Both the position numbers and the translations under genes were made by a program. DNA of 64,000 bases from Lentisphaerota bacterium (GTDB lineage Bacteria; Verrucomicrobiota; Kiritimatiellia; UBA8416; JAIOPI01): NCBI GenBank assembly GCA_021413965.1, contig JAIOPI010000003.1, forward strand, positions 22,515 to 86,514. Reading direction: 5' to 3'. The notes below the pieces were generated by a model. It did no database searches. It was not told the DNA's origin and saw nothing but the letters and a program-made list of their open reading frames with translations. Within the stretch, counting starts at the first letter, position 1; each line of letters begins with the position of its first letter. Positions 48,204-57,355 of this stretch are shown in pieces.

Positions 48204-49340
48204 ATGGCATCGCGACGCAATCTCTCCATGCTGATGGCGCTCGTGGGGATCGTCATCTTCTTCACGCTGCATCCGCGCGGGGCGCATTTCCTGAGTGCGC
48301 AGAATCTGTCGAATCTGTCGATTGAGCTGTCCATCACGGCCACGCTTGCGCTGGGCATGCTGCTGGTGCTGCTGCCGGGCATGATTGACTTGTCCGTGGG
48401 CAGCGGCGTGGGATTGCTCGGGGGGCTGGCGTGCGTGCTGATCATCCGGTACGGCTGGGCGGCTCCGCTGGCGCTGGGCACGGCGACGGCCGTGGCGGTT
48501 GCCATCTGGTGGCTGATGGGCACCTTGATCACGCGGCAGCGTGTGCCGGCGTTCATCGTCACGTTGGGCGGTCTACTGGTCTTCCAGGGGGCGCACTGGC
48601 TGGTGATCGCCAACACGACGGTGCCGGTCACGCCGGGCGGCGTGGAGAACGTGTATGCGCTGCTGACCACCTACTATTTTTCACCGGCGTCCGGATTTGC
48701 GATTGCGGCGGCGGTCGGGGGCTGCCTGGTGGTGGCCGAGCTGCGCCATCGCGCGGCGCGGCGGCGTCACGGGTTCAAGCTGGAGGATGGCGAGGTGGCG
48801 TTTCTGCGGCTGTTTGTCTCCTTGCAGGGGCTGCTGCTGCTGATCCTGACGATGAATGCGCACAAGGGGCTGCCGCTGGCACTGGTCATCCTGGGAACGG
48901 TCATCCTGCTGGTCCAGGTTGCGACGCAGCGCACGCCGTGGGGGCGCCACCTCTATGCAATTGGCGGCAATGAGGAGGCGGCGAGGCTTTCCGGCGTTCC
49001 GGTGGAGCGCACGATCGTGGTGGCGTTCACGCTGCTGGGGCTGATCACGGCGCTGACGGGATTCCTGCAGACCGCGTACGGGGGCTACTCGACGACGACG
49101 GTTGGCAAGCTGATGGAACTGGATGCCATTGCCGCCTGCGTGATTGGCGGGACGAGCCTCAAGGGTGGGCGGGGAACCGTGATGGGTGTGGTCTTTGGGG
49201 CGCTGATCATGGCGGTGCTGCTCAACGGCATGACGCTGCTGGCGGTGAGTCCCGAGACCAAGTTGATCGCGCGTGGCCTGGTGCTGGGCGTCGCCGTGTG
49301 GATGGACGTCTATCTAGCCCGCCGTGCGGCCGCGGCGTGA
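48204..49340 (+). CDS. xylH: Sugar ABC transporter permease (XylH-like)
   Basis: IDLSVGS, VPAFIVTLGG, GRHLYAIGGNEEAARLSG, ELDAIAACVIGGTSLKGGRG. Confidence 0.82.
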   Translation: MASRRNLSMLMALVGIVIFFTLHPRGAHFLSAQNLSNLSIELSITATLALGMLLVLLPGMIDLSVGSGVGLLGGLACVLIIRYGWAAPLALGTATAVAVAIWWLMGTLITRQRVPAFIVTLGGLLVFQGAHWLVIANTTVPVTPGGVENVYALLTTYYFSPASGFAIAAAVGGCLVVAELRHRAARRRHGFKLEDGEVAFLRLFVSLQGLLLLILTMNAHKGLPLALVILGTVILLVQVATQRTPWGRHLYAIGGNEEAARLSGVPVERTIVVAFTLLGLITALTGFLQTAYGGYSTTTVGKLMELDAIAACVIGGTSLKGGRGTVMGVVFGALIMAVLLNGMTLLAVSPETKLIARGLVLGVAVWMDVYLARRAAAA

Positions 49341-49391
49341 GCGAGGGCGTGGCGGGCATGGGCGCCGTTCGCGGCCGCGGCATGAGACCGG

Positions 49392-49985
49392 TCAGCGCTT
49401 TTCCTTGTACACGGTGTCGACAGCCAGCCCGGCGGCGAGCAGCAGCAAGGCGGTGGCTGGTACAGGTTCGTGGTCGAGGGCGATGACGTAGCTGTCTGCG
49501 GAGGTCAGCAACTCCCGGCCGATGCCCCCCCATTTCTTGGTAACGCTTCCCAACTGGTTGCCGGCCTTATCGAGGAGGCGGAAGCTCCAGCCCTTCCAGT
49601 CGCCCTTGACGAAGGCGACCTCCTGCCCGGAGACATCGAAAATGCGGAAGGCGCCGCCCAGCGAGAAGAGCTTGCTCTGGAGCCAGCCGACCACACGGCC
49701 GTTGCCGTCCACGATGTTGACCTTGGCGCGGAGCAGCGTGATTCCGCGCTGAATGGAGAAGATCATTTTTGTGGCGTCCTCGGCGTTGGCACCTTCATAG
49801 ACAAAGATCTTGGTGGGCAGCATCTGCTTGCTCACCAGCAGCCGGAGGATGTGGACGAGCACGCTGGGTTTTTCCTGAGCGATGCCGATGGTTTCCTGCG
49901 TTTCGGGATCCAGGATGTCGTAGGTATCGGCGAGCTTGATCAGGCCCACGCGTTCGCGGATGAAGAAGATTTTCCGGTTGAGCAT
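49392..49985 (-). CDS. LURP-one/scramblase (Tubby-C-like) family protein
   Basis: YDILDPET, VKGDWKGWSF, VTKKWGGIGRELLTSADSY, LLLAAGLAVD; AAGGA SD. Confidence 0.8.
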   Translation of the reverse strand: MLNRKIFFIRERVGLIKLADTYDILDPETQETIGIAQEKPSVLVHILRLLVSKQMLPTKIFVYEGANAEDATKMIFSIQRGITLLRAKVNIVDGNGRVVGWLQSKLFSLGGAFRIFDVSGQEVAFVKGDWKGWSFRLLDKAGNQLGSVTKKWGGIGRELLTSADSYVIALDHEPVPATALLLLAAGLAVDTVYKEKR

Positions 49986-50104
49986 GCAGCATCCTTCGTT
50001 TTCGTGCGGTGCGGGCGTTAGAGGTAATAGTGGAATCCGACGATGATGTCGATCATGGGGCCGGCGCCGGTGGTGATCTCAGGGGGTGACCAGGCGTTCA
50101 GCGA

Positions 50105-50773
50105 TCAGACGTGGGCGAGGTCGGGGGCGGCGGCGCGCTTCGCCTTGACGTGGGGCTTCCAGTAGTGGGCGAAGCAGAGGGGGCAAATGCCGCCGGTGGT
50201 GTTGGGCGGCATGTGAGACACCCACGCCGGAATCCAGTCCCAGACGGCGGGACGTGAGGGGCGCTGCACGCGTCGGCAATGGGCGCATTGGGTGATGAGG
50301 CCGTCCTTCGTGCGGTAATGATTGGTGGTCGAGCCCGTACTCACGGGCTTGCGATCGACATGCACGTGCTCGCGTACGAGGCTGTTCACGACAAGCAGGC
50401 CGCGGCGCAGCGGGAGGGGATAGGCCGTCTGGTGGTACATGCGGTAGTGCTCGGCGCTGGAGCACTCGTAGTCGTAGTGCCAGGGGGTGCCGGTGCAAAG
50501 GGCCTTCTGAAAGGCCTGGAGGCAGAACTCGCGCAGGGGGCCGCACATGGCGTCGGCCACCGGGGTGTCGAGGTGGTAGTGCCTGGAGAGTTCCGGTTCG
50601 CCGTCATTGCGCGCGGCGAACATGCACCAGGCCGGATTGACATAGATGAGTTTGAGATCGGGCGACAGGGCGAAGATGGTGCTGGGATCCCGTTCGAGCG
50701 TAGGAAGATCAAACCCCTCGAGCAGATCTCGAAAGTCTGGACGATACCGATTCATGGCGGCCGCAGGCGACAT
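50105..50773 (-). CDS. PAS-like domain fused to a C-terminal CxxC...GICPxC zinc finger
   Basis: IFALSPDLKLIYVNPAW (PAS start), YECSS, ITQCAHCRRV...TTGGICPLC. Confidence 0.7.
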   Translation of the reverse strand: MSPAAAMNRYRPDFRDLLEGFDLPTLERDPSTIFALSPDLKLIYVNPAWCMFAARNDGEPELSRHYHLDTPVADAMCGPLREFCLQAFQKALCTGTPWHYDYECSSAEHYRMYHQTAYPLPLRRGLLVVNSLVREHVHVDRKPVSTGSTTNHYRTKDGLITQCAHCRRVQRPSRPAVWDWIPAWVSHMPPNTTGGICPLCFAHYWKPHVKAKRAAAPDLAHV

Positions 50774-50931
50774 GAAACCCCCCGATCATCGTTCCCGACG
50801 GGGGAATGTTAGGACGAGGTGGGCTGTCGGGCAAGTCAATTAGGATGGAAAACGACAGGCGAGAGGGGGGGAGGAGGGGGGATGCCGCCGGACTTGCGGC
50901 GCTCCGGGGCGCCGCAAATCCGACAGAGGCG

Positions 50932-51042
50932 TTACATGGGCCGCTTGGCCGTCTGCTGGGCCTGCTTCTGCTTGGCCGCGGCTTGCTGCTGCTGCTTCTG
51001 CTTGGTGATCTTGTCTTTGTCTTTCTTGCTCTTGTCGCCCAT
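50932..51042 (-). CDS. Small basic Lys/Gln-rich peptide (36 aa)
   Basis: MGDKSKKDKDKITKQKQQQQAAAKQKQAQQTAKRPM. GGAG SD, promoter TTGCCC-17-TAACCT (51123-51095), and a downstream hairpin at about 50889-50922. Confidence 0.6.
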   Translation of the reverse strand: MGDKSKKDKDKITKQKQQQQAAAKQKQAQQTAKRPM

Positions 51043-51150
51043 GGCTTTGCTCCACTCGTTGTTCGGTTCGCTACGTGACGACCTGATCGGGTCGAGGTTA
51101 CTCGGGGAAGGCAAGGGGGGCAAGGGAATTGGGGCGGCCGTATAGCTGAA

Positions 51151-51177
51151 CGGCTCGGTAGGGACGCCTCGCCCTAC
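51151..51177. repeat. GTAG-family REP-like element
   Basis: Reverse complement gtagggcgaggcgtccctaccgagccg; same family as the 26606-26715 copies. Confidence 0.65.
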
Positions 51178-51270
51178 TACGGACAGCCGCGAGCGCATGG
51201 ATGTTGAAGGGAGGGGCCTTGTGGTGCTGACGTCGCTGGCGCAGGTGGCGGAGGTCGTGGGGGTGGGCGA

Positions 51271-52395
51271 TCAGTTGCCGCGCAGGCGATAGAAGCGGGG
51301 GCGCGTATCGGGGGGCGTGGGAACGGTGAGATTGGTGAGGGCGGTGCGCGGCGTGAAGGTGCAGGCGTTGCTCCATGCTCCCAGGGCGAGATGGGTGGCG
51401 ACTTCCAGGTGCTGTGTGGCACCAAAGCACAGACCCGTGACGGTGAAGACGAGCAGATTGGTGTCGAGAGCCACGTTGCTGAACGTGGCGGGTGTCTGCC
51501 GCGGGGCGAAGTGGATGGTCCAAGCGTGCGACACGCCCCATGGCTGGTCTTTGCGCATCGCGGCCATGTCGCACCAGCGGATCACGTCGATAGGCGGCCA
51601 GGTATCCAGGCATCCGTACTGACTGGCAGGCGTCGTGCGGTACCCGACGACGGTGACAAAGTGATCATCTTCGCCGTCGGCGTCGGAGTCGGTGAGAAAG
51701 ACCATGGGGCGTCCGGCATCGATTTCGCGAGTGAGCACGCCCCACGTCAGCGTGCCGTCGGCCATGTGCAGGTGCGCGCAGGTGACGGTATAGGCGGGCT
51801 GTCTCCATCGGACGTAGCTGGTGCAGGCATCGGCGATATCGCGGGCCAGGGTCCAGCCGTAGCAATTGCCGGCGGCGCTCCAGGAGGTGCGCGCAAAATC
51901 GGCGATGGAATCCGGCGGGTGTTCGTCGCCGGCGGGGGGTTCGGACTTGTCGGGGAGGACGCGGCCGTCGTAGTCGAGCGGCAAACAGTAGTCCTGGTAG
52001 TGGGCGGGTTTGTGCACGTTGCGGGAGGACGCGATGGCCTGGCTGACGTCTTCGGTTTGATTGGTGGCGTCGCCATCGAAGAGGTCGGGGTACCCGCGGG
52101 TGTCGTAGTAGGCGAGCGCCATGGCGAGGGAGGTGGGACCACAGCCATGGTGGTAAGCGAAGGCGGGCACATCCAGCAGGATGGTCGTGGCGAGCGGGGC
52201 CGGCTCGCGCGGGAGCGGGGCGGCGGGGCTTTTTGGGGCCACGCCCGGTGGCGGGAGCGGGCCGGTGCGGCTGCGGGGCTCCGGGGCGAGGCCTGCGACG
52301 GTGGGTGCGTTGGAGGGTGCAGGGGTCATGGGCGTCTGCGCCAGGAGGCGAGGCGTCATGGCGAGCAGCACCACCGTGAGGAGCGCGCCGCGCAT
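51271..52395 (-). CDS. Secreted papain-like (C39/C10-like) cysteine peptidase with a C-terminal FYRL-type domain
   Basis: Signal peptide; GCGPTSLAMALAYYD (catalytic Cys), EIDAGRPMV, DHFVTVVGY (catalytic His); ends ...LGAW...RFYRLRGN. Confidence 0.7.
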   Translation of the reverse strand: MRGALLTVVLLAMTPRLLAQTPMTPAPSNAPTVAGLAPEPRSRTGPLPPPGVAPKSPAAPLPREPAPLATTILLDVPAFAYHHGCGPTSLAMALAYYDTRGYPDLFDGDATNQTEDVSQAIASSRNVHKPAHYQDYCLPLDYDGRVLPDKSEPPAGDEHPPDSIADFARTSWSAAGNCYGWTLARDIADACTSYVRWRQPAYTVTCAHLHMADGTLTWGVLTREIDAGRPMVFLTDSDADGEDDHFVTVVGYRTTPASQYGCLDTWPPIDVIRWCDMAAMRKDQPWGVSHAWTIHFAPRQTPATFSNVALDTNLLVFTVTGLCFGATQHLEVATHLALGAWSNACTFTPRTALTNLTVPTPPDTRPRFYRLRGN

Positions 52396-52744
52396 AACGG
52401 TTCCATCCGGCTTTCAGGCTGCCGCGCTTCCGGGATGACGGCGCACGGGGCGCGCCGCGTGTGGGGAACGCGCGCAACCGATTCCATCGATATTTCGCAC
52501 CGGCGGGGCAGGGTCTGTCAAGCCGGAAGCGCCCAAAGGAGTCTCGATTTCTGCCGGAATCCCTGCCGGGCCGGTCGCTCCAGCATGGCTTGGTGCATGA
52601 TGCCGTTCGGACGGCACGCGAGGGGCTTCAGCCGATTGCATTCGGGCTGGGTGAAGGCTAAGATGCGGTGACAGCGCAGTAAGCGGACAAAATGAATGCG
52701 TTTCCTGGTGGATGTTCAGTCACCCGCATCGTTGGCCGAGACAC

Positions 52745-53062
52745 ATGCACGTGATTGAGCGAGCCAGATCGATCGCCAGGCGGTTCTCGCAAGAGCTCGA
52801 GTTCTATCGCCTGGTGTTGAAGCACCCTCGGACGCCTTGTGCATCACGCTGGTTTCTGGGTGCGGCCATCGCGTACGCCGTGTCGCCCATCGACTTGATT
52901 CCCGATGTTATCCCGGTGATTGGGCATCTCGACGACGTCGTTATCTTACCCGTTCTGATATGGCTTGCACGGCGACTGCTTCCCCAGGATGTGATTGCAG
53001 AGTGCAGGAATCGGCAGAAGGCGCATGAGACTGGCCATGCTCAAGCAGAAGGGGCCGGCTGA
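52745..53062 (+). CDS. YkvA/DUF1232 family membrane protein
   Basis: HPRTP, AYAVSPIDLIPDVIPVIGHLDDVVILP. Confidence 0.9.
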   Translation: MHVIERARSIARRFSQELEFYRLVLKHPRTPCASRWFLGAAIAYAVSPIDLIPDVIPVIGHLDDVVILPVLIWLARRLLPQDVIAECRNRQKAHETGHAQAEGAG

Positions 53063-53279
53063 GCGGGTTGTCGCATCGTTCCCTGCGCGATGGTTTGCTC
53101 TTCGCCCCGGCTTTCGGTATGGTAGTCGCCATGGGTTTGCCCTCCTTCATGTTGCACTCGTGTTACACTTGCCGCGGTTATATCCTCTGCAGCAAGAAAA
53201 ACACGTGCGTAACATGCACGCAGGGGCTCTTTTTAGGACGTTTCGAAGCGTCGCTAAAGGCCTGTCAACATTGATCCAT

Positions 53280-53353
53280 GCTCCGGTAGCTCAACTGGAC
53301 AGAGCAGCAGTTTCCTAAACTGCAGGTTGCGCGTTCGATTCGCGCCCGGGGCA
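53280..53353 (+). tRNA. tRNA-Arg (anticodon CCT); CCA not encoded
   Basis: Cloverleaf: acceptor GCTCCGG/CCGGGGC, D arm GCTC/GAGC, anticodon arm GCAGT-TTCCTAA-ACTGC, T arm GCGCG-TTCGATT-CGCGC, discriminator A. Confidence 0.96.
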
Positions 53354-53725
53354 CTCTTCGGCCCGCAAATAACCGTTTGCGGTAGCATCGCCTGAGATGT
53401 CCTTCTGCTCCTTTACCGGCCAATAAGGCCGGATCGGTTCTATCTCGTTAGGGTTTCGTTCCAGAAGGGGATGATAGATCCCCATCTATCTCGTTCCCCG
53501 CTTGGGTGAGGCCGACACGTTGGGGACCTTGAGCGTATACCTCATCCTCCGTTGTCCCCAATGAAGACCACGAAGGATAGCGATCCCTGGCATGGAACGC
53601 TCATCCCTTTACCTGCGGCATTTCACCTTACACTTCTCAGTGCACCCGATTGAGCTTGCGGGCGGAGACCTGGGCGTGCTTTTCTGGGTTGGACGGCAGA
53701 CATTACGGCGGTCTTGGATCACGCT

Positions 53726-55816
53726 ATGCAAGCCAGTCACCATGTTTCTCCGCGACCGATTACGCTCCTGCAGGTTTACCGCCCGCTACCCGCGGTGGTT
53801 CGGTTCCTTCTTTTCACACTGGCCTATGCTGGCGGGGTTGAACTGGCCTTTATCCTCACCTTCCCGATCACGAATTTTCTGACCTTCTGGCCGGCGGGTG
53901 GGTTATTTGTCGCCGCGCTTCTGCTGGCCGATCGGCGGGACTGGCCCTTACTTTGCCTGGGGGCCTATGCGGCGACCACCCTGCTGGATGCCCTGCACGG
54001 TCGCAACCTGCTCGCCGGGCAGATGTACATCGTCGGGAACTGCAGTGAAGCACTGACCGGGGCCTGGCTTGTCCGCCACTATGTCGGGCAGCCCTCCATG
54101 GCCCGACTGAAGGACGTGATCGGCCTGACCGCACTTTCGGCCGTAGTGGGCACTGCTCTCTGCGCGACGATTGGCGTGAGTGCCAATGTAATGCTTTTGG
54201 GCGGCTCCGGTTTCTTCAACAAGTGGTTCCTCTGGTGGTCATCTAATATGCTGGGGGTGCTGGTCGTGGCCCCGTTCTTGCTCACCCTGTTTACCAAGGC
54301 GTGGAACCCGCGCCTGACTCGGCCGTCACGTATTTTGGAGTTCGGCATGCTGGCGGGTTTGATCATCGGTGCCGCTTGGCTGGTGGCTCAGTATATCCCC
54401 ACCTGGGGCCATCTCAGCATCGTCGTCGTCCCACTGATCATCTGGGCGGCCTTGCGCTTCGGGCCGTTCGGAGCTTCCGGCGTCAGCGCCCTGCTGGCCT
54501 TCATCTTGGTGTGGATCGGGGCACGCGGTCACGCGGCGCTACCGGTGCCCACGAGTGCCGACATCTGGCTGCTACAGGTCTTCCTGGCGGTCACGATCCT
54601 CGTCGGGCTGGTACTGGCGGCGGTCCTGGCGGAACGGGAAGCCGACCGTGAGGCCCTTCTGGCCAGCGAGACGCGGCTCCGCCAGTCGGAGAAGATGGAA
54701 GCCATCGGGCACCTCGCGGGTGGCGTCGCCCACGACTTCAACAACATGCTCACCTCCATCGTGGGAAATGCCGAGATGCTGCTGGATACCGTCAATCCCC
54801 AGGACCGGAAGTGCGTGGAAGACATCCTGAAGGCCGCCGGCCGGTCGGCGGACCTCACGCGCAAGCTGCTGGCCTTTGCACGCAAGGGCAAATACCGTTC
54901 CGTGCCGGTCGACCTGCACGCCGTCATCGTGGAGGTCGTCGCGATCCTGGCGCACAGCCTCGACAAGCGGATTGTCGTGAAGGAGATCCTGTCGGCCTCT
55001 CCGCCAACCACCCAGGGCGATCCGACTCAGATTCAGGGCGCGCTGCTGAACCTGGCGCTCAACGCCCGGGACGCCATGCCCGAGGGCGGCGAACTCACCC
55101 TTGCCACTGAGGTCGTGGAACTTAGCGCAGAGGATTGCCGGATGCCGCCGTTTGACCTCACCCCGGGACGATATATTGCCATTCGGGTGACCGATACCGG
55201 CAGGGGGATGGATGCCGACACGCTGTCGCATCTGTACGAGCCCTTCTTTACGACCAAACATGAGGGGGCCGGCACGGGACTCGGACTGGCCGCCGCTTAT
55301 GGCGCGATCCGCAATCATCATGGCGCCATTACCGTTGGCAGCGTGCCCCACCAGGGCACGACCTTCACGATCTACCTCCCCCTGCATGAGGGCGAAACGC
55401 AGGAGGATTCCAAACCGGCGGCCCCCGCATCGCCGGGCGTGGGGCACATTCTGCTTGTTGATGATGAGGAACTGGTGCGCGAGGTCGCCAGTCGCATGCT
55501 GCGTTCTCTCGGCTATCGCGTGACCCTGTGCTCGGGTGGCAAGGAGGCTATCGAGATCTACCGCAAAGACCAGCCGAACATTGATCTCGTGATCCTCGAC
55601 CTGATCATGCCCGACGTCTCCGGACGGGATACCTTCCGCGCCCTGCGCACCATCAACCCCGCGGTGAAGGCCCTCCTCGCGTCGGGACACAGCTTCAACA
55701 AGGACATGCAGACCGTGCTCGATGAAGGGGCGTTGGGGCTGATCGAGAAGCCATTCAGCATCGCCGGACTCTCACGTATGATCGCTCAAGCCATGGCATC
55801 TTTGGCTCCGTTCTGA
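53726..55816 (+). CDS. MASE1-domain hybrid sensor histidine kinase / response regulator
   Basis: FWPAGG and GNCSEAL MASE1-like TM region; GGVAHDFNN, NLALNARDAM, DTGRGM, EPFFTTK, GTGLGL; REC domain LLVDDE...DLIMP...KPF. Confidence 0.9.
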   Translation: MQASHHVSPRPITLLQVYRPLPAVVRFLLFTLAYAGGVELAFILTFPITNFLTFWPAGGLFVAALLLADRRDWPLLCLGAYAATTLLDALHGRNLLAGQMYIVGNCSEALTGAWLVRHYVGQPSMARLKDVIGLTALSAVVGTALCATIGVSANVMLLGGSGFFNKWFLWWSSNMLGVLVVAPFLLTLFTKAWNPRLTRPSRILEFGMLAGLIIGAAWLVAQYIPTWGHLSIVVVPLIIWAALRFGPFGASGVSALLAFILVWIGARGHAALPVPTSADIWLLQVFLAVTILVGLVLAAVLAEREADREALLASETRLRQSEKMEAIGHLAGGVAHDFNNMLTSIVGNAEMLLDTVNPQDRKCVEDILKAAGRSADLTRKLLAFARKGKYRSVPVDLHAVIVEVVAILAHSLDKRIVVKEILSASPPTTQGDPTQIQGALLNLALNARDAMPEGGELTLATEVVELSAEDCRMPPFDLTPGRYIAIRVTDTGRGMDADTLSHLYEPFFTTKHEGAGTGLGLAAAYGAIRNHHGAITVGSVPHQGTTFTIYLPLHEGETQEDSKPAAPASPGVGHILLVDDEELVREVASRMLRSLGYRVTLCSGGKEAIEIYRKDQPNIDLVILDLIMPDVSGRDTFRALRTINPAVKALLASGHSFNKDMQTVLDEGALGLIEKPFSIAGLSRMIAQAMASLAPF

Positions 55817-55999
55817 CACCATCCTCCCATGATAATCGGCGGTGCGGAGGTCCGACGCATCTTAGAGCACGCGCCCGTCGTCTTCGGCAATGCAGATAAG
55901 GCGGCTGCTATGGGGGGGGCCTGGAATCCCTGGCCCTGACAGCGGTCGCATGGGCCACACCGGGGTATTTGCTCCGAACCTACAGTGGGTCGGCTCTGA

Positions 56000-56212
56000 C
56001 GGCAGCGATGGGGGCGGTTCGAGGTTCATGCCTTCGGGCGAATCAGCTACGCGGCGCCGTCGGGGTTCCATGACGATTGTGTGATGGCCTTGGCGCTCGC
56101 GAATCATCGGCGGTGGGAGACGGAGAGTTGCGGGCGGATGCTGACGGTGGGGATGGGCGGGCGGAGACGGATTGTGATGGGGAGGCGAAGGCAGCGGAGT
56201 TTGGCGGGGTGA
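56000..56212 (+). pseudogene. Phage terminase large subunit C-terminal remnant (copy 1)
   Basis: Frame with no upstream start reads ...GRISYAAPSGFHDDCVMALALANHRRWETESCGRMLTVG...LAG*. YxAPxGxHDDxVMALALA is the nuclease-domain end of Terminase_6-type TerL. An in-frame stop lies at 55997. Confidence 0.75.
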
Positions 56213-56352
56213 CTGGAGACGGGAGTGGGTGGCTGGGCGCCAATAAGACCGCAACGCTTTGCGATGAAATCAGTTACCTAGAACATCCCCATCGCCCATA
56301 GAAGCGCCCGCTTGCCTTTCTCTTCCGCATCGGGCGTTGATCCCTTCGCGGA

Positions 56353-57336
56353 TCAATGCCCTTCCGACAGGCGCTTTGATCCTTCAATGACCTTGTGCCA
56401 GCCATAGGTGAGCGACACACGGAAGCCATCCATCTGGAGATCGCCCGGATCGCTGTCGTTGACGGTGGACATGTAGCCGAAGGTGAAGGCGAGGTTGTCG
56501 TTCACCTGATAACCAAGGGTGAAGCCGAGGCCGAGGGTATCGGTGGCATCGCCTTCTTCGCCGTCGCCCACGGTGGACGCGCCGCCGGTCATCCAGGTCG
56601 CATCGAGGGAAGCCCAATGCGTGACCGCCAGATCGCGCGTCAAATGACTTTCGAGCTGAAACATCGGATCCGTGCTGAGTGTTTCACCCAGATAGTCCGT
56701 GTTATCGTCGAACAGCCACAGCGATGGCACCGTTTCCAGCGTGGTGCGCTGACCGGGCACCCACGCGCCGAGCTGCCAGACCACCGGCGCGCCCACGCGT
56801 CCATACCAGCGGTTCTGGCCGATGTTCAGCGCCCGCTCGCTGTCGTACTCGCCCACTGGGAAGAAGACGTCGGCGATCAGATCCAGTGAGAACTTCGGCT
56901 CATACCGCATCATGTCAGGTATCCCCATGATGGCGCTGGGGCCGACCAGATTGATGCCAAACTCCAGCATCGGGTCGCCATAGCCCCTCGCACTCTCGCT
57001 GGCCGTCTTGCCACCCGCTTCGATGGTGGAGGACATCCGCCCCATGGTCTCGAGCAAGGCAATCGTGGCGGTGCGATCGAACAGAGGCAGCATCTTGGCC
57101 ACGCCGACCGTCACGACTTCCGCGTCGATATTGGCCTCGGGCGAGACCACATGGGCCGGGTCGAGGGGATTGGAGTTTCCGCTGATGTCCTGATAGATCA
57201 CCGGGACAGCGTTGGCGCCAGCCAGGCTTTTCCAATAGAAGCGCGGCGGCGCCTGCGCGAGGGCGAGCATCGGACAGAAGGCCGCCAAGGCGACGAGGGC
57301 GAGCGAGCATCGAAGAGTGGTGTTCATAGTTTTCAT
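56353..57336 (-). CDS. Outer-membrane beta-barrel 'transporter' (phenol MetA-pathway/SphA-like family)
   Basis: Signal peptide, QAPPRFYWKSL, GYGDP, PVGEYDSERALNIGQNRW, amphipathic beta strands. Confidence 0.75.
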   Translation of the reverse strand: MKTMNTTLRCSLALVALAAFCPMLALAQAPPRFYWKSLAGANAVPVIYQDISGNSNPLDPAHVVSPEANIDAEVVTVGVAKMLPLFDRTATIALLETMGRMSSTIEAGGKTASESARGYGDPMLEFGINLVGPSAIMGIPDMMRYEPKFSLDLIADVFFPVGEYDSERALNIGQNRWYGRVGAPVVWQLGAWVPGQRTTLETVPSLWLFDDNTDYLGETLSTDPMFQLESHLTRDLAVTHWASLDATWMTGGASTVGDGEEGDATDTLGLGFTLGYQVNDNLAFTFGYMSTVNDSDPGDLQMDGFRVSLTYGWHKVIEGSKRLSEGH

Positions 57337-57355
57337 GGTAGTTCCTCGTTAAGGC

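Noticed and set aside
53354..53720. Integrase gene expected next to the tRNA
   Set aside because: No ORF with tyrosine- or serine-recombinase motifs could be recognised.
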